Shown: positions 9,935 to 20,086, numbered from the stretch's first letter. The stretch is DNA of 64,000 nt from Aureliella sp. (GCA_963691875.1 OY829846.1:1824001-1888000), one strand, 5' to 3'. Made by a program: numbers and translations. Notes: generated by a model from the sequence alone, not told the origin.

Positions 9935-10864
9935 CTATTCTTCTAAGGCAGATCTTCGAGCGCGAAGCAGGAACGCGTTGACGCGTTCGTAGTCGGGCCG
10001 GTCCGGTAACTTGGTTGTCAGAAACGAAGACTCGAATTCCCTTTGCAGTTCCCTTCGCCAATTATCGGCAACTTCAAACGGTGTTTCACCAGACTTGATA
10101 TAAAGTAGCCGGTCACGGTTCGCGCCAGTGTTTAACTCCAGCTTCTCCGATTTGAGAACATGAATGCCCGACAGGAGAAGCCGAATGAGATGCATGACAT
10201 GCTTCCATTTCACCTGACCGTGGTTGCGGATGTCGGTTTGCATCTTCTTGAATTGCGATGCGACATAACCAGAGTAAGTCTGAAAGACCAACTTGGACAA
10301 AAAGGCTTCGCGCATCCCAAGTAGCTCCTCCCCGAGGCTGGTACACCTTTCGACCAGCGGCGAGTAAAGGCACTCCAGCACGTTAGGATTTGCCTTGAGG
10401 GCAAGCACTAGAAACTTCTGAAGTTCCCAGTAGACTTCTTGGGTTGCGTCGTTTTCCAGTTGTTCAGGCACGCCGTACAATGACCATTGCAGATCAGCTG
10501 GCGGCAGGTAAACGCCTCGACGATCCGTATCTGAATCGGCGCCGTCCAATCCATAGGCTCGCGATCCAATGACACAGCGGAAAATGATGGTTCCTTGCAA
10601 GGAGTCTTGCATCAACTGTTCTCCAGCCTGAACTGGTCCGGCTTTGAAATCTGCGAGACATTTCAGCTGTTTATGATGAATTGTAGCTTCGAACCCATCC
10701 GCAAACTTGACGCGATACGCGTGAGTGCGGTCCAGCGGTGAGCGCACGATTATCCCCACGGCACCTGCTGGATGCGCGATGCGATCCTCGTTGGACAATA
10801 CATCCTTCTGGGCGACAACTTGCGTGCCTGCCGGAAAGATAAAGCGTTCGTGAGAGTCGTTCAC
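9935..10864 (-). CDS. Pol-beta-type nucleotidyltransferase, PF10127 (RlaP-like), with an extra N-terminal SH3-like beta domain
   Basis: 'VIGSRAYGLDGADSDTDRRGVY', 'KANPNVLECLYSP', 'WKHVMHLIRLL'; N-terminal 'GTQVV...GAVGIIV...YRVKFADG'. Confidence 0.88.
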   Translation of the reverse strand: MNDSHERFIFPAGTQVVAQKDVLSNEDRIAHPAGAVGIIVRSPLDRTHAYRVKFADGFEATIHHKQLKCLADFKAGPVQAGEQLMQDSLQGTIIFRCVIGSRAYGLDGADSDTDRRGVYLPPADLQWSLYGVPEQLENDATQEVYWELQKFLVLALKANPNVLECLYSPLVERCTSLGEELLGMREAFLSKLVFQTYSGYVASQFKKMQTDIRNHGQVKWKHVMHLIRLLLSGIHVLKSEKLELNTGANRDRLLYIKSGETPFEVADNWRRELQREFESSFLTTKLPDRPDYERVNAFLLRARRSALEE

Positions 10865-10921
10865 TCTAGGCTCGTAAATTAGAATCTGGAATAAATGGAT
10901 TCAGATAAGATGCCGCAGAGT

Positions 10922-11259
10922 TCATGAACGTTCGCGCCGCAGATGGTTTGTAGCCGAATTCCAGCACCTACCACGAGGAGTTCGGTAGTGATGCGATCTC
11001 GCTAAAGAACTTTCCCTGCGAGCAACTTCAAAAGCCGACCAATACGCAACCGTGTCGCAATAGGATTCGCGGCCTACAAACTCAGTTGAATCATCTTCTT
11101 TGCGTAGAATCGACGCGTCTCGAATTGGCTTGCCGGTTGCCGCATCCACCACTCGAATTGAAGCTCGTACTCACCTTCCTGAGAAGCAGGTGCAGCCGCG
11201 ATGAAAGTGAAGCTGAGCACAAGGATCGTAACGAAGGTAGAGGACACATAGCTAGGCAT
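10922..11259 (-). pseudogene. Frameshifted remnant of a secreted protein with a carboxypeptidase-regulatory-like beta-sandwich start
   Basis: Signal-peptide ORF (11074-11259) switches frame near 11155 into 'VVDAATGKPIRDASI' (ORF 10922-11152). Adding one A restores L-Q-I-R-V-V-D-A-A-T-G-K-P-I. Confidence 0.55.
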
Positions 11260-11350
11260 GCTTATTTCCTAGTCTCTAACTATTCGTTCCAAACACCTGT
11301 CGCGCTCTTAGCCTGGCGTTCAATTTGCGATTCCGGTCTTCAACCTCGGT

Positions 11351-11830
11351 TTATTCCTTCTTAATTATCTCTTCAAAAAGCCGACGAAAACCCTCCATGC
11401 GTTTCCGATTCGCTCCCATATCGGAGTACCCCAGTCGCGACGCAGAACGAAAGTGAAGCACATGGTTTGTCGAGTCGCAGTATATTTCTACGTCATCAAC
11501 GTAACGCATCAATAGAGTCGTGGCGGTTGCTCGCAAGTAGCTTGGTCCTTCTTCTACCAACGCAATTCGAGGCATACTTAGCAAAGCTTCCTTGGCGAAT
11601 TTCAAAGCTTCGTCTGTTGAACAGGTGAAATGGATCGGCTCGATCGCATGCCCTTTGTCATCCGCTTGAGTGCACACGCAGTTCGGAGACTTTGGGCAGG
11701 GCGCGAGCTTGCCGTCTTGAATGCCAAGCGTTGTTGCAGGTTTAGACATTGCGTTGACCAAAATGATTGCGATCCAACAGAACAGTAATACCAAGCCGAC
11801 GCGAAGGATGATTTTCTGTGTGGTTTTCAT
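11351..11830 (-). CDS. DUF1499 domain protein
   Basis: N-terminal TM, 'LAPCPKSPNCVCTQ', 'YVDDVE', 'RSASRLGYSDMGANRKRME'. Confidence 0.93.
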   Translation of the reverse strand: MKTTQKIILRVGLVLLFCWIAIILVNAMSKPATTLGIQDGKLAPCPKSPNCVCTQADDKGHAIEPIHFTCSTDEALKFAKEALLSMPRIALVEEGPSYLRATATTLLMRYVDDVEIYCDSTNHVLHFRSASRLGYSDMGANRKRMEGFRRLFEEIIKKE

Positions 11831-11875
11831 ACCTCAATTATGCAGTGTCGATGGCAAGCTGAGAAGTGTGAGTCG

Positions 11876-11902
11876 AAGGCTAAAGGCCAAAGGCTAAAGC
11901 CT
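11876..11902. repeat. Short heptamer tandem repeat (AAGGCYA)x3 plus a partial copy
   Basis: AAGGCTA AAGGCCA AAGGCTA AAGCCT in the divergent DUF1499/sulfatase intergenic region. Confidence 0.5.
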
Positions 11903-12082
11903 TACCAAGCTTTGCCTGGCTTGTTCGGTAGCGAAATTCGTTTCAAAGAAGTAACAACAAACTCTACGAGCCGCGCGGTCTTCGAGTATCATGCCTGCTA
12001 TCCCGACAGCCAAGTCAGTTTAAAATGAGCTGTCACCACACTCTCTCTTACACCTGTGCACCTGGATGAAAGAAAGTTCTCG

Positions 12083-13798
12083 ATGAGCCGAAGAATTCCC
12101 ACGCTGTTGCTTGGCCAAGCTTTTCTGTTGGTCCTGATGCTTACATCGACCTCGGCGGCACAACGTCCCAACATCGTTCTCATTATGGCGGACGATATGG
12201 GATACACGGATATCGGATGCTACGGCAGTGAAATCGAAACTCCTGTGCTCGACAAGCTTGCCGCTGGCGGTCTGCGATACACTCAGTTCTACAACACATC
12301 GCGTTGTTGTCCGACGCGAGCTTCATTGCTCACTGGATTGTACTCGCATCAAGCCGGGATGGGGCTGATGGCGAGCGACCGAGGTGTAGACGCCTATCGA
12401 GGCAACATCAGTCGGCGCTGCGTCACCATCGCAGAGGTCCTCGGGACCGCTGGCTATAAAAATTATATGTCTGGCAAATGGCATGTGACTCGGCACATCG
12501 CTCCGAAGGGTGACAACTCGAATTGGCCCATGCAACGTGGCTTCGATCGTTTCTACGGAACCATTATCGGTGCAGGCAGTTTCTATGACCCCTCAACACT
12601 TTGCCGAGGCAACACCTACATCACTCCGGACAACGATCCCGAATACCAACCCGAAGACTTTTACTACACGGACGCGATTAGCGACAACGCCGCTCGATAT
12701 GTACGTGAACACTTTGAGTCCACAACAGACGAGCCTTTCTTTCTGTATGTCGCTTACACCAGCGCACACTGGCCCATGCATGCACCTGAGTCAGTCGTCG
12801 AGAAGTATGACGGAGTGTACGACGAAGGCTACGATCCTATTCGAAAATTTCGTTACGAAAACGCGATCAAGCAAGGCGTCCTAGAATCAAAGTGGAAGAT
12901 GTCCCCACCAGCAAAGAACTGGGAAAAATTTGAACATAAGGAATGGGACATCAGGTGCATGGAAGTATACGCAGCTATGGTAGACCGCATGGATGAAGGG
13001 ATCGGCCGCATTGTGAAAGCAATCGAAGATGCTGGCGCGATGGAAAACACGATCATCGTCTACTTGCAAGACAACGGTGGTTGCGCTGAAGGTTTTGGGC
13101 GGAATGACAACTTGAAGAAGGCAAAGGACTTCGACTACAAGCCCTTTGGTCCTGACGATTTGCAAACCAAAATTTGGCCTCCGATGCAAACGCGTGACGG
13201 ACGCTACGTCCGAACCGGCCCAGAGGTAATGCCTGGCGCCGAGGACACGTTTGTGGCGTACGGCACCGGCTGGGCGAACACGTCGAATACTCCTTTTCGT
13301 GGCTACAAACACGATGGATACGAAGGTGGGATCAGCAGCCCGTTGATCTTTCATTGGCCCCGAGGAATTGCGGCAGAGCAACGCGGAAAAGTGATGCATG
13401 ATCCATCACATTTGATTGACATCATGCCAACCTTCGTGGATGCAGCCAAAGCAGACTACCCTTCCAAGTTCGCAGACAACTCAATTTACCCAATGGAGGG
13501 CGTGAGTCTTACTCCAACCTTCCGGGGCGAGGCCATTCAACGTCAGGCGGCCATCGGTTTTGAACACCATGGCAACTTGGCGTTACGAGACGGCCGTTGG
13601 AAAATCGTTTCTGCCTACAAGAAGAACAAGCCAATCGATTGGGAGCTCTACGACATGCAAGAAGATCGCACGGAACTCAACAACTTAGCCGAGTCCAATC
13701 CCAAGAAGCTAAAAGAGCTTTCAGACAAGTGGCAAGCTTGGGCCGATCGCGTTGGCGTTGAACCTTGGCCTTTCGAACGCAAAAAAGACAATAAGTAG
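12083..13798 (+). CDS. Arylsulfatase (S1 family, Cys-type), secreted
   Basis: Signal peptide, 'RPNIVLIMADDMG', 'CCPTRASLLTG', 'GKWH'. Start moved to ATG 12083 (the ORF track gives 12056). Confidence 0.95.
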   Translation: MSRRIPTLLLGQAFLLVLMLTSTSAAQRPNIVLIMADDMGYTDIGCYGSEIETPVLDKLAAGGLRYTQFYNTSRCCPTRASLLTGLYSHQAGMGLMASDRGVDAYRGNISRRCVTIAEVLGTAGYKNYMSGKWHVTRHIAPKGDNSNWPMQRGFDRFYGTIIGAGSFYDPSTLCRGNTYITPDNDPEYQPEDFYYTDAISDNAARYVREHFESTTDEPFFLYVAYTSAHWPMHAPESVVEKYDGVYDEGYDPIRKFRYENAIKQGVLESKWKMSPPAKNWEKFEHKEWDIRCMEVYAAMVDRMDEGIGRIVKAIEDAGAMENTIIVYLQDNGGCAEGFGRNDNLKKAKDFDYKPFGPDDLQTKIWPPMQTRDGRYVRTGPEVMPGAEDTFVAYGTGWANTSNTPFRGYKHDGYEGGISSPLIFHWPRGIAAEQRGKVMHDPSHLIDIMPTFVDAAKADYPSKFADNSIYPMEGVSLTPTFRGEAIQRQAAIGFEHHGNLALRDGRWKIVSAYKKNKPIDWELYDMQEDRTELNNLAESNPKKLKELSDKWQAWADRVGVEPWPFERKKDNK

Positions 13799-13957
13799 CG
13801 GCGCAGGCGTAAGCAGCTTTGCTAGCGAAACGGAGTGACCTGCAATTTCACTATAAACGGTAAGGCTTACCAAAACCGCTTTAGTTTATCGCTGAAAGTG
13901 ACGATTGACGACGAAGAGTTGTAGTCTTTTCGTAGTTCTATCAGGCCAGGATCGGGG

Positions 13958-15115
13958 ATGAACCGCAAGCTCAAGATGACGCTAGCGTTGTGCGGCTGCG
14001 TGTTTGTGCCGCTTCCGCTTGGCTTTGCCGACTCGCCGAAAAAAACGCCTTCCGGTGCACATTTCACAACCGATCACTCTGGCAACTTTTTCCACATAGA
14101 TTCAACCGAGATCTTTCTGGAGCCGCTGCCGACGCAGAAGCGCTCGCCGGTTGTTACTGCTCTGTCGGCCTCACAACACGGCGAGTACTTGGCCGCAGCC
14201 GGAGATGATCACTCGATTCGAGTCATAAAAGTTGCCACCGGACGCGTTGTCAGCACTTTATTGGGGCATCGAGACTGGATTCAGACCCTTTGTTTTGCGC
14301 CCAACTCACATAAGCTTTACTCAGCGGGCGACGATGGCCGCGTATTGAAGTGGAGCCATCTCAATAGAGCAGGATTGGCGCCAGACCAAGCAGCAACGCA
14401 AGCTTCTTCGAAAGGATACGCCCACGAAGAGCTCTTTCATGTCCCATTTGCGATTCGGTCGCTGGCTATCTCGTCGGACGAGAAACTGCTAGCAGTCGCT
14501 GGCTTCTCGCAAGAGATAATCGTTTGGGACCTTCTAGAGAACAGGATCGCAAGACGCCTGACCTGCAAGAGCGGCGACCTGCGTGTGATCCGCTTCAGTG
14601 CGCAGAGCAACAAGGTTCTAGCAGGCGGACGCGCGGGGGACTTGTACGTCTGGCAAACTCAGACTGGTAAGGAACTTGCACATTTTCATGTCCACAGTGA
14701 TCGCATCCATACCGCTGAGTTCGATCCGCTCGGCGAGTCGGTAACTAGCGCCGCGAATGATCGGCAGCTCATTCATTACAGCTTGAAAGACGCACAAGTC
14801 GCAAAGCAGACCGAACTTGGACCGGCAAAGCTACGCAGTATGTGCTTGATGGATTCTGACTGGATTGCGGTATCCGGTGCGGACAACTCAGTGCACTTAT
14901 ACGATCAAAGCGAGAACAGAGTCTTGGCACATCTCAAGGGGCATACAGGAACGGTCGCCGCGATGACTAAGTGTGGTCGATTCTTGGCCAGTGGATCCTT
15001 CGACACGACGATACGCCTCTGGGACTTGCAGTCGATCGATCTTCAGGCGATCGAAGTAGAAGAACCGAATTTGCGAAAAGTCAATCGCACCGAATCTACC
15101 CCTCGCATTCGCTAG
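13958..15115 (+). CDS. WD40-repeat protein, probably secreted
   Basis: 'GHRDWIQTLCF', 'SAGDDGRVLKW', 'GHTGTVAAM...LASGSFDTTIRLWD'; N-terminal signal-like segment. Confidence 0.9.
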   Translation: MNRKLKMTLALCGCVFVPLPLGFADSPKKTPSGAHFTTDHSGNFFHIDSTEIFLEPLPTQKRSPVVTALSASQHGEYLAAAGDDHSIRVIKVATGRVVSTLLGHRDWIQTLCFAPNSHKLYSAGDDGRVLKWSHLNRAGLAPDQAATQASSKGYAHEELFHVPFAIRSLAISSDEKLLAVAGFSQEIIVWDLLENRIARRLTCKSGDLRVIRFSAQSNKVLAGGRAGDLYVWQTQTGKELAHFHVHSDRIHTAEFDPLGESVTSAANDRQLIHYSLKDAQVAKQTELGPAKLRSMCLMDSDWIAVSGADNSVHLYDQSENRVLAHLKGHTGTVAAMTKCGRFLASGSFDTTIRLWDLQSIDLQAIEVEEPNLRKVNRTESTPRIR

Positions 15116-15142
15116 GCATTTTGGGCTGAACGGAGAAGTTCA

Positions 15143-18100
15143 TTGTTATTTCAAAGACAAGTTGACCGGCTAGCCAAGTTGCTTCATATGCAAGGGCGAA
15201 ACGCTGCACGCCGGCAACTGGCAGCTTCCCTGCGCGAAACAACCAAACGAGCTCCAACCATCGAACAAATGGAGCCGAGGTTATTGCTGGCCGCAGATGC
15301 GATTCAGATCGGTGCCGTCTACGTAGAAGAAGATCTTGGCAGTGACCAGACTGGCGACCTGTTCCACATCACCTTTCAGGGCGGCGCCGAAGCAACCGAG
15401 CTACGCCGACTCTCTATCGATGGCGACCTAACTAGCGATGGCTTTGGCATCGGTGACCTGTTCTTTGACACCAAAGACCCTGGCTACGGCGCTGACCAAC
15501 CCTTTGCTTTCCAGATACGAAATTTCAATACTGCAGATCAAAGTGCATCGGTGCGGGCAACCGTTGAGGATGGAACAAGTCTTTTGGTTCTGGACTTCAC
15601 GCATTTTCGGGCAGGTGACTCCCTGATCTTCTCGATCGATGTGGACGAAGTGCAGTTCTTTGATCCAAACGAAACGGATCTTGCGAGACAAAACGATAAC
15701 TTTGATCCGATCACTTCGGGAGTGGAATTCCAAAACGCAATCTTGGAGGCTGAGTTCGAGGCGCCACATTACGAGGATGTGGCTGGCTTAGAGCGATTCT
15801 TGAATCGTTATGACGATTGGCTGGACCAATCTGGCCTGGCCTTGCCGAAAGACAATCAGGACGGAAAACGCGATCGCTCCGCAGGAGCTGGATTTGAGCT
15901 ACAACAAGTTCCCAAGCCTATCTCTTTGTCAGGTTACGTTTATGTAGACGCGAACGAAAACTTGCTGCTTGAGTCCGGGGAACAAAGGCTATCTGGCGTT
16001 GGAATCGAGTTGTTTGTCCAGCAGGGTGCTTCATTCGTTTCGACGGGGCATAGCACCACTACTAATGCGGAAGGCAAATACTCCTTCGGTACAAATCTGA
16101 ACCTTCTTCCTGGGATCTATCAAGTTCGCGAGACCCAGCCTACGGGATACTACAGCGTGGGCGCAACTCTGGGACGTATCGTCGGGCAGCCGAACGCATC
16201 CGTGGGAGAACTTGTTGCAGGAAATCCCAATATCCTCGGCGAGATTGATCTCAGCAAAGGTGACTTGCACGCGGAAGAGCTTAACTTCGCTGAGAATGCT
16301 CCGAACTCGATTCGTGGACAAGTCTGCCTCGTCACAAGTGGCGATACCTGTTTTGACAACAGCAGCGGCAAAGAGACTCTAGCTGATGTATTGATCGAGC
16401 TACGCGATGAGTCGGGAACACTTGTAGAGAGCACTCGCACCAATAGCAACGGCGAGTATTCCTTCTCAGATCTCAACGCTGGAACTTATTCCATCACGGA
16501 AGTCACTCCTGCTGGCGTGATTGATGGCGATGCGAGGTTAGGAAACGCTGGCGGAGTTAGACAAAATGCAAGTTACTTGACGCAAATCGTCGTTGGCGGC
16601 GGAACGATCGCAAGCGGCTATGACTTTTGTGAGATCTTGCCTAGTGAAATCAGCGGACACGTCTACCATGACGATAACCACAATGGATTGCGAGAAGATG
16701 ATGAAGAGCTTTTGTCTGGTGTTGAGATAACGCTGTTCGATGACCAAGGTAATCTAGTCGAGCTGGCGCGAACCGATAGCAATGGATCCTATCGCTTCCA
16801 GTACCTCATCCCAGGCGAGTATCGCCTCCAAGAAGTCACTCCTGCTAACTACTTGCCGGGACAAGCCAATGCTGGAACCATTGGAGACCTATCAGTTGGT
16901 CAAGTAGATGCTTCTGGAGATCGCATCGACTCGATTGAGCTTGGAGCTGGATCCGTCGGCATAGACTTTGACTTCGGTGAAATACTCGGTGCAAGCATCT
17001 CTGGTCGCGTTCACATCGACGATGATGGCGACTGCGAATATGACGCAGGCGAGCAGAGCCTAGCGGGCGTCACAATCGAATTGCTGGACGCCAGCGGTAG
17101 AGTGGTTGAGCGCATGCAGACCGACAACGAAGGACGCTACTCATTTACCGACCTTCGAACAGCCGTCTACTCGATTCGTGAGATTCAGCCTGACGGACTT
17201 TTCCAAGGCGGGCAGCGGGCCGGCTCAGGTGGTGGTGATGACTCAAGTCAAGACATCATTCGCACCATCGATCTGACACGCGGCGGTGACTACATAGACT
17301 ACAACTTCTGCGAACTAGAGCCAGGTTCCATCTCAGGAAACGTGTTCGCAGATCTAGACTTCGACTGCTTCCAGGATACTCATGAGGAGGCAGTCGGCGG
17401 TGTCGAGATTCAGCTGCGTGATGCATCGGGAATACTCGTCACGACTACGCATACCGATAGCAATGGCAACTATCGCTTTGAGACCTTGCATCCCGGAGGT
17501 TACAGCGTTCATGAAGGCCAGCCAACCGGTTTCTTTCAGGGTGGACAAACGGCGCCCGTCGGAGTCGGGGACACTTCTACTCAAGATGTCGTTGCCAGCA
17601 TTCAACTAGCCTCCGGCCAGAACATCACTCAAGTCGACTTCTGTGAAGTGCCTCCTTCCGAGATCACGGGCTACGTGTTCCAAGATGGTGCCGTGATTAT
17701 AAACGACAGTGGTGAAGTTCCAGAGGACATTCGAAGCGTCCGCGACGGAGTGCGAACAGCCGATGACAGTCCGATCCCAGGTGTACAAGTTGAGCTACGA
17801 ACGCTCACTGGAGCAGCAATCCCAAGCGACCGAGCCTTACCAGGCTTCTACTCTGGGAATAGCATCCAAGTTTCAACCGATGCGAATGGCTTCTTCCGTT
17901 TCGCAGGCTTGCGATCAGGTGCCTATCACATCTATGAGACGCAGCCAATCGGTTTTGAGGACGGGATTGACACGCCAGGTACTACGACTGGGTTCGCCGT
18001 CAATCTGAACGAAACGGAACTTGTCCCAAGCTCGGTAATTCGGCTTATTCAGCTCTCTAATCCAGGTGCAGATCCGGGTAATGATGCGATCCTGTCGGTA

Positions 18101-19333
18101 GCAGTCGAGCCTGGTCAGGTTTCTCAGGAAAACAACTTCAGCGAGATCCTCGCTCAACCAAATCCTCCGCAGGTTCCACCGCCGCCAGGACAACCCAATC
18201 CACCTCCAACTTCTACACCGCCAGTGCCAGATCTGTATGCGGCCGCGCCTGCATCCCAAGTCTTTACGAATCCTGGGTTTCAAGCTTTGCCGAATGTGAT
18301 TGGTATTGGGCACTCCCACAACCCAACGTGGCATTTGAGCGTGATTAATGGTGGATTTCCACGAGGTTCAGGGGAAGGAGAAGCTGTGAGCGAAGAGTAT
18401 GTTCGACGAAACGCGCAGCACCTGGACCTCTACTCTTGGTCGGTGAGAAGCATGCACGAGAATGTGCGTCTGGTGAGCTTGAACTCTGAGTCGACACGAC
18501 CATTTGAAGTGATCGTGTTTGACGTCCCAGGCGCGAAACCACTTGCTGGTGACTTCGACGGCGATAGCTACGATGAACTTGTCCTGTTTGCCGAGGGTGA
18601 GTGGTTTATAGATTTCAATGGCAATGGTCGTTGGGATGAATCTGATATCTGGCTAAAATTAGGAAGCGTGGGCGATCAACCCGTGGTCGGCGATTGGGAT
18701 GGTGACGGCAAAGATGATGTCGGAGTGTTTGGTCCTAGCTGGCAAGGCGATGATCGAGCCCTAGCCGCCGAGACGGGCCTGCCGGATCCAGAAAACAGAG
18801 CTCGAACTCGCGCCAAGAACCTACCACCAGATGCGGATGAGGCTCCTGACACGCCTCGGTTGATGAAACGAAACAGTCAAGCACCAGGTAGAGCCGACTT
18901 GATCGATCACGTCTTCAGATTCGGTGGTGGAAAAGACTCTGCGGTCAGTGGAGACTTTAACGGCGACGGAATTTCGTCCATCGGTACATATCGTGATGGC
19001 GTCTGGATTTTGGATGTCGACGGCGACGGTGAACTGATTGATGGACGCGACAAACAGATAGATTTCGGCGAGGCAGGCGACATTCCTGTCGTAGGCGATT
19101 TTGATGGCGACGGCATTGACGAGATTGCAGTGGTCCGTGGAAATCGAGTTATCGTGGACTCGAATGATAACGGACGAATCGATGCGACCGATCAGGTGTT
19201 CTTGCTTGACTCAGAGACGGGTACTGTAATTGTCGGAGATTTCGACGGCGATGGCCGTGATGAGCCGCTCATGCATCAATCCGCACAACAACGCAGCGTC
19301 ACGGCCAGCGGGGCTTCGCATCCCAAGGCATAG
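15143..19333 (+). CDS. Large surface protein: planctomycete extracellular motif, about 6 SdrD-B/Cna-B repeats, Pro-rich linker and C-terminal GDxDGDG (FG-GAP-like) repeats
   Basis: 'EQMEPRLLLA'; repeats beginning 'ISGxVxxD' with 'T-D/N-xxGxYxF' and 'YxxxExQP'; 'PPQVPPPPGQPNPPP'; multiple 'GDFDGDG'. Start codon uncertain. Confidence 0.88.
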   Translation: MLFQRQVDRLAKLLHMQGRNAARRQLAASLRETTKRAPTIEQMEPRLLLAADAIQIGAVYVEEDLGSDQTGDLFHITFQGGAEATELRRLSIDGDLTSDGFGIGDLFFDTKDPGYGADQPFAFQIRNFNTADQSASVRATVEDGTSLLVLDFTHFRAGDSLIFSIDVDEVQFFDPNETDLARQNDNFDPITSGVEFQNAILEAEFEAPHYEDVAGLERFLNRYDDWLDQSGLALPKDNQDGKRDRSAGAGFELQQVPKPISLSGYVYVDANENLLLESGEQRLSGVGIELFVQQGASFVSTGHSTTTNAEGKYSFGTNLNLLPGIYQVRETQPTGYYSVGATLGRIVGQPNASVGELVAGNPNILGEIDLSKGDLHAEELNFAENAPNSIRGQVCLVTSGDTCFDNSSGKETLADVLIELRDESGTLVESTRTNSNGEYSFSDLNAGTYSITEVTPAGVIDGDARLGNAGGVRQNASYLTQIVVGGGTIASGYDFCEILPSEISGHVYHDDNHNGLREDDEELLSGVEITLFDDQGNLVELARTDSNGSYRFQYLIPGEYRLQEVTPANYLPGQANAGTIGDLSVGQVDASGDRIDSIELGAGSVGIDFDFGEILGASISGRVHIDDDGDCEYDAGEQSLAGVTIELLDASGRVVERMQTDNEGRYSFTDLRTAVYSIREIQPDGLFQGGQRAGSGGGDDSSQDIIRTIDLTRGGDYIDYNFCELEPGSISGNVFADLDFDCFQDTHEEAVGGVEIQLRDASGILVTTTHTDSNGNYRFETLHPGGYSVHEGQPTGFFQGGQTAPVGVGDTSTQDVVASIQLASGQNITQVDFCEVPPSEITGYVFQDGAVIINDSGEVPEDIRSVRDGVRTADDSPIPGVQVELRTLTGAAIPSDRALPGFYSGNSIQVSTDANGFFRFAGLRSGAYHIYETQPIGFEDGIDTPGTTTGFAVNLNETELVPSSVIRLIQLSNPGADPGNDAILSVAVEPGQVSQENNFSEILAQPNPPQVPPPPGQPNPPPTSTPPVPDLYAAAPASQVFTNPGFQALPNVIGIGHSHNPTWHLSVINGGFPRGSGEGEAVSEEYVRRNAQHLDLYSWSVRSMHENVRLVSLNSESTRPFEVIVFDVPGAKPLAGDFDGDSYDELVLFAEGEWFIDFNGNGRWDESDIWLKLGSVGDQPVVGDWDGDGKDDVGVFGPSWQGDDRALAAETGLPDPENRARTRAKNLPPDADEAPDTPRLMKRNSQAPGRADLIDHVFRFGGGKDSAVSGDFNGDGISSIGTYRDGVWILDVDGDGELIDGRDKQIDFGEAGDIPVVGDFDGDGIDEIAVVRGNRVIVDSNDNGRIDATDQVFLLDSETGTVIVGDFDGDGRDEPLMHQSAQQRSVTASGASHPKA

Positions 19334-19390
19334 CTGTGGTCATCGAGCGTTTTCGTCGTTTCGCGTTGTGATGCATCTCAGGAATTGAGC

Positions 19391-20086
19391 ATGGGTGCAC
19401 CGAAGCTGCAGGACCGCCTTCAGAGACTAGCAGATTTGATAGCAGAGAAGTGTCCGGGTTCCAGATGCCATGCCGATATCGGCAGCGATCATGGATTGCT
19501 TCTCCGTTACTTGCTTGAGAGCAGAATCGTTTACCGCGGAATCGCCGGGGAACTGCGAAGCGCTCCGCTCGCGAACTCGAAAAAACAGCTGCAAGACCTA
19601 CCCTGCGATGTGCGTCATGGAAATGGGCTTGAGGTGTTGCGTCCGGGAGAAGCTTCTAGCCTAAGCATTTCAGGCATGGGAGATCAAACCATCCTCTCAA
19701 TCCTATCCAATCATCCGGCTTGTCTGCCTAAGTGGTTGTTTTTACAACCCAACAGAGGAATTGGTGCGGTTCGAAAGTGGGCCTACGAAAGTGGATTCCA
19801 CTTGAAGACAGAAATCTGGACTAAAAAAGATTTTCAGCTACTTGCCTTTCAAAAGGCGGATTTGCCTGATCCAGCCTACGCACGATTCGCTGCCAATGAT
19901 GATCTTCTCGAAACATCTCAAGTTTTTGGGCCGGTTTTCTTACAACAACACCACGCGTCCTTACTGAAACGTTTACAAGCCGAATCGCGTTATTACGAAG
20001 TGCTTCCGAAACTAGGGGTGATATCGAAGCATAGACTGCGGCTCATACACATCGCGTTGCGGTGGTTGGCAGATTGTAGCAATTGA
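19391..20086 (+). CDS. trmK: tRNA (adenine22-N1)-methyltransferase TrmK-like
   Basis: 'ADIGSDHGLL', 'GELRSAPL', 'RHGNGL', 'ISGMG', 'LQPN' in the order characteristic of TrmK. Confidence 0.82.
   Translation: MGAPKLQDRLQRLADLIAEKCPGSRCHADIGSDHGLLLRYLLESRIVYRGIAGELRSAPLANSKKQLQDLPCDVRHGNGLEVLRPGEASSLSISGMGDQTILSILSNHPACLPKWLFLQPNRGIGAVRKWAYESGFHLKTEIWTKKDFQLLAFQKADLPDPAYARFAANDDLLETSQVFGPVFLQQHHASLLKRLQAESRYYEVLPKLGVISKHRLRLIHIALRWLADCSN

Noticed and set aside
15900..18150. Repetitive region considered as a possible DNA repeat array or CRISPR
   Set aside because: The repeats exist only at protein level (SdrD-B domains), with diverged DNA and no repeat-spacer structure or cas genes.
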